Source: a virus (lineage: Duplodnaviria > Caudoviricetes). Taken from it: a DNA stretch of 64,000 nt. The DNA is taken from the IMG/VR virus record IMGVR_UViG_3300042431_000223, positions 11,006-75,005 of that record; one strand, 5' to 3'. Made by a program: the position numbers and the translations under genes. Shown piece by piece: positions 49,389-57,851 of the stretch. Positions within the stretch are counted from its first letter, which is position 1. Each line of letters begins with the position of its first letter. The notes under the pieces are model-generated. The model worked only from the letters and a program-made list of their open reading frames with translations. It did not search any database and had not been told where the DNA came from.

Positions 49389-50040
49389 TCACTTTGGTAG
49401 TTGCTGTTTCAAGCGACTTTCGTGTTGCCTTACCTACGGTACTTTGAGAAAACTTCATATCGTCTAGAGATTTTAAGAATGACTCTCCTACTTTTATAGA
49501 TTCGCCTTCACCAGAACCAATGTAAATTTGTCCTGTTTTAGCGTCTACAAATCGAACTTGCAAACGGATAAAAGTAGTTACCACTACTTTAGCTTTTCCA
49601 CCTTGTACGGTCTCGTCCTCGTCTACTGCAAAATCAGCAACGGTTACATAAACAAAGTAGTGAGCAGCTTTAATTTTTCCTTTGCCGTCAATAGGTTCTT
49701 CAAAGACTCCTTTTTTAGAAGCTTTGAACTGAGTTACCATCCTTTCCTTGATTTCACCCTTCTCTTCAGTAAATACAAAACGATTTGTCTCATCTAAATA
49801 ATCTAATACGGATTCTGCAAAACCTAAACCTACATTCTTCTCTTGAAGACTTGGGTACATAGCCAACACTTTAGTCATGTCCATGCTAATTACTTGTACG
49901 TTCTTCTTAATAGAATCAGTATATCCAGACACGCTAGAAATATCTTTTTTCTCAATAACCTCATCCTCGGTTGTGGTCTTCATAGAACCACAACCATAGA
50001 TAAGGATTATTAACAGTAGGCTACCAAGGATCTTCTTCAT
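49351..50040 (-). CDS. CsgG-like lipoprotein (~229 aa)
   Basis: Real start is probably the ATG at 50040 (MKKILGSLLLIILIYG-C lipobox). TNRFVFTEE, AAHYFVYVTVADFAVDE, IRLQVRFVDAKTGQIYIGSGEG resemble the CsgG/curli assembly family. Confidence 0.65.
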   Translation of the reverse strand: MKKILGSLLLIILIYGCGSMKTTTEDEVIEKKDISSVSGYTDSIKKNVQVISMDMTKVLAMYPSLQEKNVGLGFAESVLDYLDETNRFVFTEEKGEIKERMVTQFKASKKGVFEEPIDGKGKIKAAHYFVYVTVADFAVDEDETVQGGKAKVVVTTFIRLQVRFVDAKTGQIYIGSGEGESIKVGESFLKSLDDMKFSQSTVGKATRKSLETATTKVIENLIRNGVFKS

Positions 50041-50338
50041 CAGCTTGGGGTTTAGCGGCAGGAGTTGGAGCAGGAGCAGCTGCAGGTGCAGCTTTTTCTT
50101 TGATGATAATGGTTTTACCTCCACCATCAGTGTTTGCTTGTTGCTTCTGTTCGTTGTTCGTAGTGATGTTAATCACAGGTGCAGGGGCTGATACAGCAGT
50201 AGGAGTCTCAGCTTTTTCTTCGCCTCCACCTAAGTGAGTAGCAAACCAAGCACCACCTGCAGTAATTGCAGTAGTGATTGCTCCAATAATGGCTTTTTTA
50301 GCAGCGGACATACCGCCTTCTTCTTTTTCTTCTGACAT
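50021..50338 (-). CDS. Single-pass membrane protein with Pro/Ala-rich tail (~105 aa)
   Basis: ATG at 50338 (MSEEKEEGG) preferred. One hydrophobic helix AIIGAITTAITAGGAWFATHL. The 3' end overlaps the lipoprotein start by 20 nt. Confidence 0.65.
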   Translation of the reverse strand: MSEEKEEGGMSAAKKAIIGAITTAITAGGAWFATHLGGGEEKAETPTAVSAPAPVINITTNNEQKQQANTDGGGKTIIIKEKAAPAAAPAPTPAAKPQADEEDPW

Positions 50339-50342
50339 AATA

Positions 50343-50693
50343 TTATGGATTAGTTGTGTTTGACAAAGATACACCATCTTCCTCATCTACTTTTTGGATA
50401 AGCATTTTGTCTCTGTCTTCAGAATTGAACCAGTAGTCAACTACTTTGTTCAAGTTACCGACAAATGCTCCTAAGAGGATAAGCAACATTTCTTTCCAGT
50501 CTTCTCCAATAGATGCTCCCAAGAAGACAGCAGCATTAATACCGACAATGATTAGGGTAAACAAGCCTAACACAATGGCAGTGATTCTCCAACGGTTAGC
50601 TTGCATTTGTTGTAGCATGTAGTAGAAACGATTGTTATCTGGTACTGCTACGGGCTCTGCTTGGCCAAAACCAAGTTTGTCTTTTAGTTTCAT
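50343..50693 (-). CDS. Two-TM membrane protein (116 aa)
   Basis: Two hydrophobic helices (ITAIVLGLFTLIIVGINAAVFLG; MLLILLGAFVGNL). Confidence 0.7.
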   Translation of the reverse strand: MKLKDKLGFGQAEPVAVPDNNRFYYMLQQMQANRWRITAIVLGLFTLIIVGINAAVFLGASIGEDWKEMLLILLGAFVGNLNKVVDYWFNSEDRDKMLIQKVDEEDGVSLSNTTNP

Positions 50694-52579
50694 ATGATTA
50701 ATAGTTTAGAATCTAGGACTTGTTTTTCTGTTTTAAGAGTTAAGATATAAACTCCGTCAGGTAATCTTTCCAAATCTACACTGTATCTATAACTTCCTAC
50801 AGGCATGTGCTTGTCTAGAATATTTTGGACTAACTGACCTATTTCATTGTACAAAGACAAGTTTACGTCAGACTCTTCAGCTATCTTGAATTGTACTTGA
50901 ATGGCACCTTCAGAAGGATTTGGAAAAGCAATTAAATCACTTACTTGGTTCATGGATACAGTTCCTTTTCTACGAACCTCAATGATACCCATAGTAGGCG
51001 TAATTACCATGTCTCTTGCTTTGTCATCACCTACGTATTTTTCAGATGTCCAGATAGCTGCAGTAGCCCAAGAGTCTTGAGGTTTCTTAGCAATAAACTG
51101 AAGCGTAAATACAGCCTCTCCGTCATTCAATAGATTAGAATTGGTTAAGTCTGCGCCGCCCCAAGAAACAATTCCATTAGAACGGTTAGTGTAAGAAGTC
51201 CATTTCATAATCTTTTCAGTTACTTCTACGTTCTTAAATTCTAAGTAAGCAGTGTCGTACTTAAGATCTAACTGAAGAGCACCCAAAGATTTTCCATTTG
51301 TAAGAACTTTAACTGGTACGTTTACTAAGTTTCCACTCTCAACGGTAATTTTCGGCATGTTAATTTCTACTTTATCTAAAGTAGGATTGTCGTAAGATAC
51401 TGTTTGGTCAATAATGTATTTCTTAGCATTTGCTTGGTTGACAATCTTAATAGGAGTCAAACGAGCCATCTTAAATCCAGTAGAGTTTGCATCCCCTTTT
51501 ACTGCTACGTAATAGGTGATAGAGTCTCTACCATCAATAGTGTAATTAAAGTTATTTACTGTAGCATAAGTTGAAGTTAAGTTAGATGTAGCTCCGTTAA
51601 TTGAGTTGTACTCAGCAACAGTAAAGAACATTACATCTTTCTTAGAGTTAGGCCAAGAAGTAAATCTACCTGCTAATCTTCCGTATACTGAGTATACGTC
51701 GGCAATATTAATGTCTCCAGTAGTTCCGTTTACGTCCATTGTATAGTAGTCAAATCCTGTTGGAGTGTATTGCCCTAAAATAGATTGGTTAATCTTCTGT
51801 GCATCCGCAGTAGAGAATACGTTACCTGGAGTCATTGTGTCTCCTTTAACGACCATGCGGACATCCCAATATGTAGTATCTAAAAATTCTCTAAACACAA
51901 CATGTCCTACAGAGTTAGTTGCTTTAGCATCTACTTGAGTCCAAGACCCAGTTGGTGCTTTCTTTTCTAAAGACACCCACAAGTTCTTAGCATCAGAACC
52001 TGTTACGTTCTTAAATTTAGCAGCAAAGCGAAGAACCTTCTGATTGAAACGACCACCATAAGAATAAACTACTAACGTAGTATCGTTACCCCAGTTAGTA
52101 GCAGCTTTGTTTGCAAATGATTTCACACCTGCAACTTTCATAGTTTTGATAGAATCTAAGTTGTTCCATACAGCACTACTAGCATGCGTAAATGTCAAGT
52201 CAAAAGTTGCTCCGTTAGAATAGTTAAAAGTAGCACTAGAACCTGTGTACGCTAAAGTTACAGTTAAGAATCCTTGTGCGTTACTATCTACATACTGAAG
52301 ATATTGGTCTGAAGTAGAAATTTTCAAGGAAGGTACTACAGCAGTAAATGCAGTGTTATCGTAGAATATACGAAACTGCATACCTGTGATCTTTTCAGAA
52401 GTAGAAGTGTTATAGAAGTGAAGGGGTGCTACAGTCTGTCCTACAGTAGTTGTAGCCACTTGATAACCTGAGTCAATAACAACCCAATGTCCCGTACCTG
52501 GAGAAGTGTTTGCACTTTGTGCAAATAAGTCAGTAGCCAAGGTTATTACCCCGACTACAAATAGAATTAATTTTTTCAT
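50690..52579 (-). CDS. T9SS-sorted protein with cohesin-like and dockerin-like domains (629 aa)
   Basis: Signal peptide ...DLFA-QS. Cohesin-like VNVPVKV...LGALQLDLKYDTAYLEF, and a similar N-terminal ITGMQFRIFYD. Ca-loop DVNGTTGDINIAD. C-terminal AFPNPS...LYNEIGQLV...LPDGVYILTLKTE..SKLLII matches the T9SS type A sorting domain. Confidence 0.8.
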   Translation of the reverse strand: MKKLILFVVGVITLATDLFAQSANTSPGTGHWVVIDSGYQVATTTVGQTVAPLHFYNTSTSEKITGMQFRIFYDNTAFTAVVPSLKISTSDQYLQYVDSNAQGFLTVTLAYTGSSATFNYSNGATFDLTFTHASSAVWNNLDSIKTMKVAGVKSFANKAATNWGNDTTLVVYSYGGRFNQKVLRFAAKFKNVTGSDAKNLWVSLEKKAPTGSWTQVDAKATNSVGHVVFREFLDTTYWDVRMVVKGDTMTPGNVFSTADAQKINQSILGQYTPTGFDYYTMDVNGTTGDINIADVYSVYGRLAGRFTSWPNSKKDVMFFTVAEYNSINGATSNLTSTYATVNNFNYTIDGRDSITYYVAVKGDANSTGFKMARLTPIKIVNQANAKKYIIDQTVSYDNPTLDKVEINMPKITVESGNLVNVPVKVLTNGKSLGALQLDLKYDTAYLEFKNVEVTEKIMKWTSYTNRSNGIVSWGGADLTNSNLLNDGEAVFTLQFIAKKPQDSWATAAIWTSEKYVGDDKARDMVITPTMGIIEVRRKGTVSMNQVSDLIAFPNPSEGAIQVQFKIAEESDVNLSLYNEIGQLVQNILDKHMPVGSYRYSVDLERLPDGVYILTLKTEKQVLDSKLLII

Positions 52580-53034
52580 TGTCTATATTTTTGCAGTTTT
52601 TCATAAAGATTTGTCAGTAACCATGACTCAGGGGTTGGAATTTTTTGGATGAAGGATAACTCGTACATGTAGCATTTATATTCTTCTTCCGCTTCACTCA
52701 TGACAATGCCTTCTTTTGCGTAGAAAAGATGTTGACTCTCATGAACTAAAACGCAAGCTAAGTTGTTAATTGAATTTAACTTAATGTCTGCGTCTGCTAC
52801 AAGTATGGTATAGCGACCTTCAACTATACCTGTGGAAGAAAAAGAACTGTTCCAAAAATCAATCCGCTCACATACTTCAGTAAAAACTATGTACTTATCG
52901 ATATCATAGTTTTTAATTAGGCTGATTGCCGAATCAATTTTTAAGTCCCAGCCATCCCCTGCCTTTGACAATGTTTGACAAAAGCAGGAGTTGACTAAGA
53001 AAAGAAGACTACAAAGGGCCTTCCAATTTTTCAT
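52576..53034 (-). CDS. Secreted zincin-like metallopeptidase (152 aa)
   Basis: Signal peptide ...SCFC-QT; LVHESQH (HExxH) with downstream EEE. Confidence 0.55.
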   Translation of the reverse strand: MKNWKALCSLLFLVNSCFCQTLSKAGDGWDLKIDSAISLIKNYDIDKYIVFTEVCERIDFWNSSFSSTGIVEGRYTILVADADIKLNSINNLACVLVHESQHLFYAKEGIVMSEAEEEYKCYMYELSFIQKIPTPESWLLTNLYEKLQKYRQ

Positions 53035-53685
53035 TTATTTTTTTGCCTTAGCTGCTTTTGCTGCTTTCTTGGCTTCTCCAGTTGCTTTATCTGCGGCAAT
53101 AAAGTCACCAGACTCAATCAAAGTGTAAGTGAAAGAGTTACCGTGGATACCACGAGCCTGTTTACAGATTTCCATAAACTGGTTAAAATCTTTCTCACGT
53201 TTGAATACTTGACATCCTTCAGACCAGTTTTCTACAAAGGTAGAATCTGCACCTGCTTTGTGGATGTTGATACCGTACACACCTTCAGTGATTTTAGACT
53301 CATCATAAGTCATGTCTTTGTTAGCGTCACGGTAAACTTTTACGTTTGCTTTTTGTTTCAACGCTTCGTACTTTCCTTGGTGTAACCCAATAGCGTGGCT
53401 TCCACGATATTGACCAGCAACTAGACGCGCTACTCCGCCAGGGTTATGGAATTGCATAACACCTTTTGTTCCAGGATCTGTAGTAGCTTGCCATTGATGA
53501 AATACCCATTTACCTGCTACTTTGTAAGCAACAGTCATAGTGTCATCAAATAGGTTGGTAACATCATTTCCAGTAGAAGAATTACGTACACCTATGATAT
53601 TTACATCATAGTCTTTTGCGCCATCAAAGTAAACATAGCCCTTGGCTTTTACTGCGGCTTCGATTTGTTCTCTAGTATAGTTCAT
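53035..53685 (-). CDS. Putative endolysin, L,D-transpeptidase (YkuD)-like (216 aa)
   Basis: GINIHKAG...NWSEGCQVF His/Cys motif; adjacent to a holin-like gene. Confidence 0.65.
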   Translation of the reverse strand: MNYTREQIEAAVKAKGYVYFDGAKDYDVNIIGVRNSSTGNDVTNLFDDTMTVAYKVAGKWVFHQWQATTDPGTKGVMQFHNPGGVARLVAGQYRGSHAIGLHQGKYEALKQKANVKVYRDANKDMTYDESKITEGVYGINIHKAGADSTFVENWSEGCQVFKREKDFNQFMEICKQARGIHGNSFTYTLIESGDFIAADKATGEAKKAAKAAKAKK

Positions 53686-53687
53686 AA

Positions 53688-53936
53688 TTATTCTTCAGTT
53701 TTAGGTTGAGGCTTTTTCATAATCTTCTCAACAGAAGTTAAACCTAAACAACCAAATGCAAGTAATGCTACAGCATCTACTAACGGAGTAGATGGAGCAA
53801 AGTGAGCCTCTGTAAAAGAGTTGGCGTACAACGTTGCGCAAAGAGTAAGAGTACACATTAATCCGCACAAACGTTTCATGGAGACATTGCCTTTTTCATC
53901 TTTGAAAAGACCTCCAATAAAATTTACAAATTTCAT
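53688..53936 (-). CDS. Putative holin (82 aa, two TM)
   Basis: KDEKGNVSMKRL, two hydrophobic helices, basic C-terminus. Confidence 0.6.
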   Translation of the reverse strand: MKFVNFIGGLFKDEKGNVSMKRLCGLMCTLTLCATLYANSFTEAHFAPSTPLVDAVALLAFGCLGLTSVEKIMKKPQPKTEE

Positions 53937-53959
53937 AAATATAGTTCTTTGTCCTAAGA

Positions 53960-53989
53960 CAAATATAAACTTTTGAAAAAATAAGTCAA
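53960..53989 (-). promoter_or_regulatory. Bacteroidota primary-sigma-type promoter (TTG-N19-TATATTTG)
   Basis: Minus strand TTGACTTATTTTTTCAAAAGTTTATATTTG directly upstream of the holin. Confidence 0.7.
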
Positions 53990-53991
53990 GT

Positions 53992-55734
53992 TTATTCTAA
54001 TCGCAAAAATGCTTCAAGTTGCTCTCCAGTGGTTTGAGGAGTGGCTACATTCTTAAGTCGCATACCTATGCTATTCTCAACTGTGATGTTGGCAACTAAG
54101 TAATCCCAAACAGAAGCAGCGGTAAGTACAGCATTTCCAAAAGTATTATCTACTGCTACTCCATAGGTTACTTGGTTAGGATGAGGCATACGCAAAGTTC
54201 CTGTCTGACTTCCTATTGAGTAAACTGTTCCAAATCTTACATTAGCTGGGGTAGGATTGTCTGCTATAGTTGCAGGAGAAACTAATTGAGTTGCAGGAGC
54301 AATTGCACCAGGTGATACTGCGCCATTAGTTGTTTCGTCTCTAAATTCAAAATAAGAGTTAGTAGTAGGGATTAGGTGCATTCTTGTACAAGTTAAAGGA
54401 GCACCTCCATAAGGTCCTGAAACAAACGGACCTGAAAATAAATTAATTGCTCCAGAAGAAGTGCTATGTACGCCGCTAGTTTCAAAAGGAGCGGTGTGTT
54501 GTGCGTATATTGTTCCAATAACACTTAAAAAATGAGCTTGTCCAGAAACAATACCTGCACCTGATCCTATTGCTCCTGAGCTTTGTCCTCCGTAAACATT
54601 ACCAGTTACATAAATAGTTGCACCTGCTCCTACAGAAATACCAGCATCATTACCAAATCCTCCGTAGATATTTCCAGTAACGTTTACTGTACACACAGTA
54701 TTAACTACTAAATGTTGTGCATTTTGTGAACCGCCTGGTCCAAGTTTATTTGGGTTAATATCTCCCACTATATTAAGAACAGCACCAGCACTTCCAGTAG
54801 TCATTAATATTCCGTGCGATCCTGACCAATTACCTGTTACACCTCCAAGAAAATTAGTTGTACCTGTTGAAAAAATAACCAAACAATGCCTAGCACCACC
54901 AAACGATACAATTCTAGTACTACCTACTATATTAAGTGTACAATTTCCTGTTTTTGCAATAACTCTACTACTGTCGACTCCAAAATTAGTCAGATTTGAA
55001 TTAACATTAACTACAGCAGGTGAGGCAGCTGAAACAGTTAAAGGAGCTGTGGCTGATCCTCCCGTAATACCTATTAGACTAGTACATGTAATAGTTACTG
55101 AAGAGTTAGCTATAAATCCACCACCTGCTACGGAAGATCCATTAAAATCTCCACTTTCAAATAGTCTTATTGTACCCATACTAGCAAACTCACCTCCGTT
55201 TATAGCAGTTATATAAAATCTATACTTAATATAAGATGTTGTATGAGTTAGTAACGGACTAGCATAGTTTTGAGTAGCATTACTAGTGACCGTATGTAGT
55301 GTTATCCAAGTTGAACCATTCCACCCCTGAAATTCAAAATTTCTTGGAGTACTTGCTAGAGTCCACCATCCAATAAAACTATAACTTGTAATTAATTTAG
55401 TAGTTGGAAATTCATAAGCTATCCATTGAGGCATGGCAGTTTGATTAGGAGACAACCAACCATTTCCCCCAAATCCAACCCAAGCTGCTCGGGCAGAATC
55501 ATAATCCCCACTAGAGGTAACTATACCACTAGGAGTCGTAAAACCTGTCATTATTGGGACAGCACTTACGGCTACCTGTGCGGCATTTGTGAGCGTATCT
55601 ATATTAACATTTTGATCTATAGTTACTGTAAAATTATTAGATGCAATAGTATCACCAACTTTAGGTAAAGAGCCTGCATTCCATGTTGCTGGATTAGACC
55701 AGTTCCCATTTGCGACTGCTACTTTTAATCCCAT
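53992..55734 (-). CDS. Fibre/receptor-binding protein with discoidin (F5/8 type C)-like domain (580 aa)
   Basis: QWIAYEFPTTKLITSY...PRNFEFQGWNGSTW, followed by Gly-rich beta-helix-like repeats. Paralog of the next gene. Confidence 0.7.
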   Translation of the reverse strand: MGLKVAVANGNWSNPATWNAGSLPKVGDTIASNNFTVTIDQNVNIDTLTNAAQVAVSAVPIMTGFTTPSGIVTSSGDYDSARAAWVGFGGNGWLSPNQTAMPQWIAYEFPTTKLITSYSFIGWWTLASTPRNFEFQGWNGSTWITLHTVTSNATQNYASPLLTHTTSYIKYRFYITAINGGEFASMGTIRLFESGDFNGSSVAGGGFIANSSVTITCTSLIGITGGSATAPLTVSAASPAVVNVNSNLTNFGVDSSRVIAKTGNCTLNIVGSTRIVSFGGARHCLVIFSTGTTNFLGGVTGNWSGSHGILMTTGSAGAVLNIVGDINPNKLGPGGSQNAQHLVVNTVCTVNVTGNIYGGFGNDAGISVGAGATIYVTGNVYGGQSSGAIGSGAGIVSGQAHFLSVIGTIYAQHTAPFETSGVHSTSSGAINLFSGPFVSGPYGGAPLTCTRMHLIPTTNSYFEFRDETTNGAVSPGAIAPATQLVSPATIADNPTPANVRFGTVYSIGSQTGTLRMPHPNQVTYGVAVDNTFGNAVLTAASVWDYLVANITVENSIGMRLKNVATPQTTGEQLEAFLRLE

Positions 55735-57548
55735 TACTCGTTATTATTTAATGTGGTTTGAATTTGTGTTCCAGTAGTTTCAACCGTAGCAGCGTTTTTA
55801 ACTCTTCTTCCTATACTGTTTAGAGTATTGATGGAAGTTAGTGGGACAGCCCATATAGCGTTGGGATCTAGTACTGCTGTGCCGACTGTGTTATCTACAG
55901 GTACGTTGTTTGCTACGTTACTCGCTGCAGGTACTACCATAGTTCCTGTGAGCGAACCTGCCGCATAAACTACTCCTTGTCTTACATTAGAAGCTGCTGG
56001 TGCGTCTATTGCAGTTCCTGGAGATACTAACCTTGTAATAGGAGCAGGTCCAGCAGGAGGTAATGCCCCGTTAGTAGAGTTGTCTCTAAACTCGTAGTAA
56101 GAACCAAGGGTTCTTTGGTAGTGCATACGAGTGACGCTGAAAGGTTGTATTGCTTCTGGTGAACTTATAAAAGGTCCAGTAAGTATATTTATATTACTTG
56201 CTCCTGTTGAAACAAAACCCGCATTTCTAAAACCTGCTATGATAGGTCCTATGTGTTTATAATACGATGGTGTTCCACTAACTATTACCGCATTGGAAGC
56301 ACCTGTCATAGCCGTAGAACCTGGATCAGAAGAAACAGTACCAACGATGTTAATTGTACAGTTGTTGTTTACGGCCAGAGCCCACCAGTTTGTATTTGTT
56401 CCAGTTGTATTCGCAATATACAGATTACCCGTAATATTGATTATTGCACTAGTTGCACTAATAGACACCCCACTATTTGCTGTGTTGAAATTGCAGTACG
56501 CATTTCCAGTCATGTTTAAGGTTGTACCCGTACTCAAAACAACCGTTTCTTTTTGAGTACCTCGTGTTTCAACATCTCCAACTAAATTCAACACGCTTCC
56601 AAATGCGGTAATTCTAATTGCAGTTGCATTACCCACACTTCCAGCAAAGCCGTTGACCTTTCCATTTACATTTAATATTGCCGCAGCTGTTACATTTATA
56701 GCGTTAGTAGAGGAATTAGACGTTGATCCATTTATTGTTCCGTTTATTGTTATGTTTCCTGCTCCTGAGATTAAAAATCCATTTATATTGTTTGCAGTTA
56801 TTCCTCCAAAAATCCCATTAATTACAACACTTCCCGTACCTGAATAAGTAAGAAGAGTTGTTGAACCAATTGATATACCATTTCCAGTATTAGTACAAGT
56901 AACAGTTAATCCGTCATTAAGTATAAATGTTCCTCCTGCTACTGCACTAGCTAAAGCAAGAGAGTTAGCAAGTGTTAGCTCATTTATCAACATATAGCCT
57001 TGGCTATAAGGAGCTAACATATACATTCTATACTTATTATATGCCGTAGTATTTGTAAAATTATAAGTTGTAGCTGTTCCTACTTTAGGAGCATTTACAA
57101 TAGATTGCAAGACTATCCAAGAAGACCCATTCCATGCTTGAAATTCCCAAGTAACGGGAGCATCTGTATTATTAGCAAGAAGAACATATCTATTTACAAC
57201 AGTAGGAGAAGGGAACTCGTACTCAAGCCATTGTGGAGGACCAGAAGTACTAGATGCCCAACTAGTACTATTGTTTTTATCAAAAGCTCTCCAAGCAGGA
57301 TACAAAGCAGGATTTAATACAGTACTTGCACTAACTACACCAGATGGAGTAGTGTCAGAAGTCATAGCAGGAACAAGACCTGGATCTGTTTGAGCAGTAT
57401 TAGTTAATGAGTCAACATTAATATTCTGATCAATAGTTATTGTAAATCCGTTAGATGCAACAATATCTCCAGGAGAAGGCAAAACACCCCCGTTCCAAAT
57501 TGCAGGATTACTCCAGTTACCAGATGCTATTGCTCCTCTTAATGGCAT
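55734..57548 (-). CDS. Fibre/receptor-binding protein with discoidin-like domain (604 aa), paralog of 53992..55734
   Basis: QWLEYEFPSPTVVNRY...PVTWEFQAWNGSSW; shared N- and C-terminal blocks. Confidence 0.7.
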   Translation of the reverse strand: MPLRGAIASGNWSNPAIWNGGVLPSPGDIVASNGFTITIDQNINVDSLTNTAQTDPGLVPAMTSDTTPSGVVSASTVLNPALYPAWRAFDKNNSTSWASSTSGPPQWLEYEFPSPTVVNRYVLLANNTDAPVTWEFQAWNGSSWIVLQSIVNAPKVGTATTYNFTNTTAYNKYRMYMLAPYSQGYMLINELTLANSLALASAVAGGTFILNDGLTVTCTNTGNGISIGSTTLLTYSGTGSVVINGIFGGITANNINGFLISGAGNITINGTINGSTSNSSTNAINVTAAAILNVNGKVNGFAGSVGNATAIRITAFGSVLNLVGDVETRGTQKETVVLSTGTTLNMTGNAYCNFNTANSGVSISATSAIINITGNLYIANTTGTNTNWWALAVNNNCTINIVGTVSSDPGSTAMTGASNAVIVSGTPSYYKHIGPIIAGFRNAGFVSTGASNINILTGPFISSPEAIQPFSVTRMHYQRTLGSYYEFRDNSTNGALPPAGPAPITRLVSPGTAIDAPAASNVRQGVVYAAGSLTGTMVVPAASNVANNVPVDNTVGTAVLDPNAIWAVPLTSINTLNSIGRRVKNAATVETTGTQIQTTLNNNE

Positions 57549-57550
57549 AA

Positions 57551-57847
57551 TTAAAGTCCTTTATCGTTGATAAACTCTTGTAGACCTTCCATTATCTTGC
57601 CTACCGCAGATGCAATTTCAGGATCTGATTCAGCTTCTTTGAATACGTCTAGGTATGAAACAGCTTTTGCGTAGTCAGGAAGTTGTTCGATACCTCCATC
57701 TAGTTGTCTGTAAGGAGTAAGACGCATAGCAACAGATGCTCCAATTTGTCCTCCTTCTTTAACTAAAGGAGAGATAGCCAAATTAACTAAGAGAAGAGGA
57801 TATTCTACTCCGTCTACAATGGTTGGTTTAGTTGATTGTATAGGCAT
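57551..57847 (-). CDS. Hypothetical protein (98 aa), possible fibre chaperone
   Basis: ORF track; lies between fibre genes. Confidence 0.55.
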   Translation of the reverse strand: MPIQSTKPTIVDGVEYPLLLVNLAISPLVKEGGQIGASVAMRLTPYRQLDGGIEQLPDYAKAVSYLDVFKEAESDPEIASAVGKIMEGLQEFINDKGL

Positions 57848-57851
57848 AATG

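Noticed and set aside
46580-53034. Cassette as host chromosomal contamination or prophage flank
   Set aside because: It is collinear and tightly coupled with phage lysis genes, has similar AT content, and has no integrase or att-like boundary. Read-level confirmation is still advisable.
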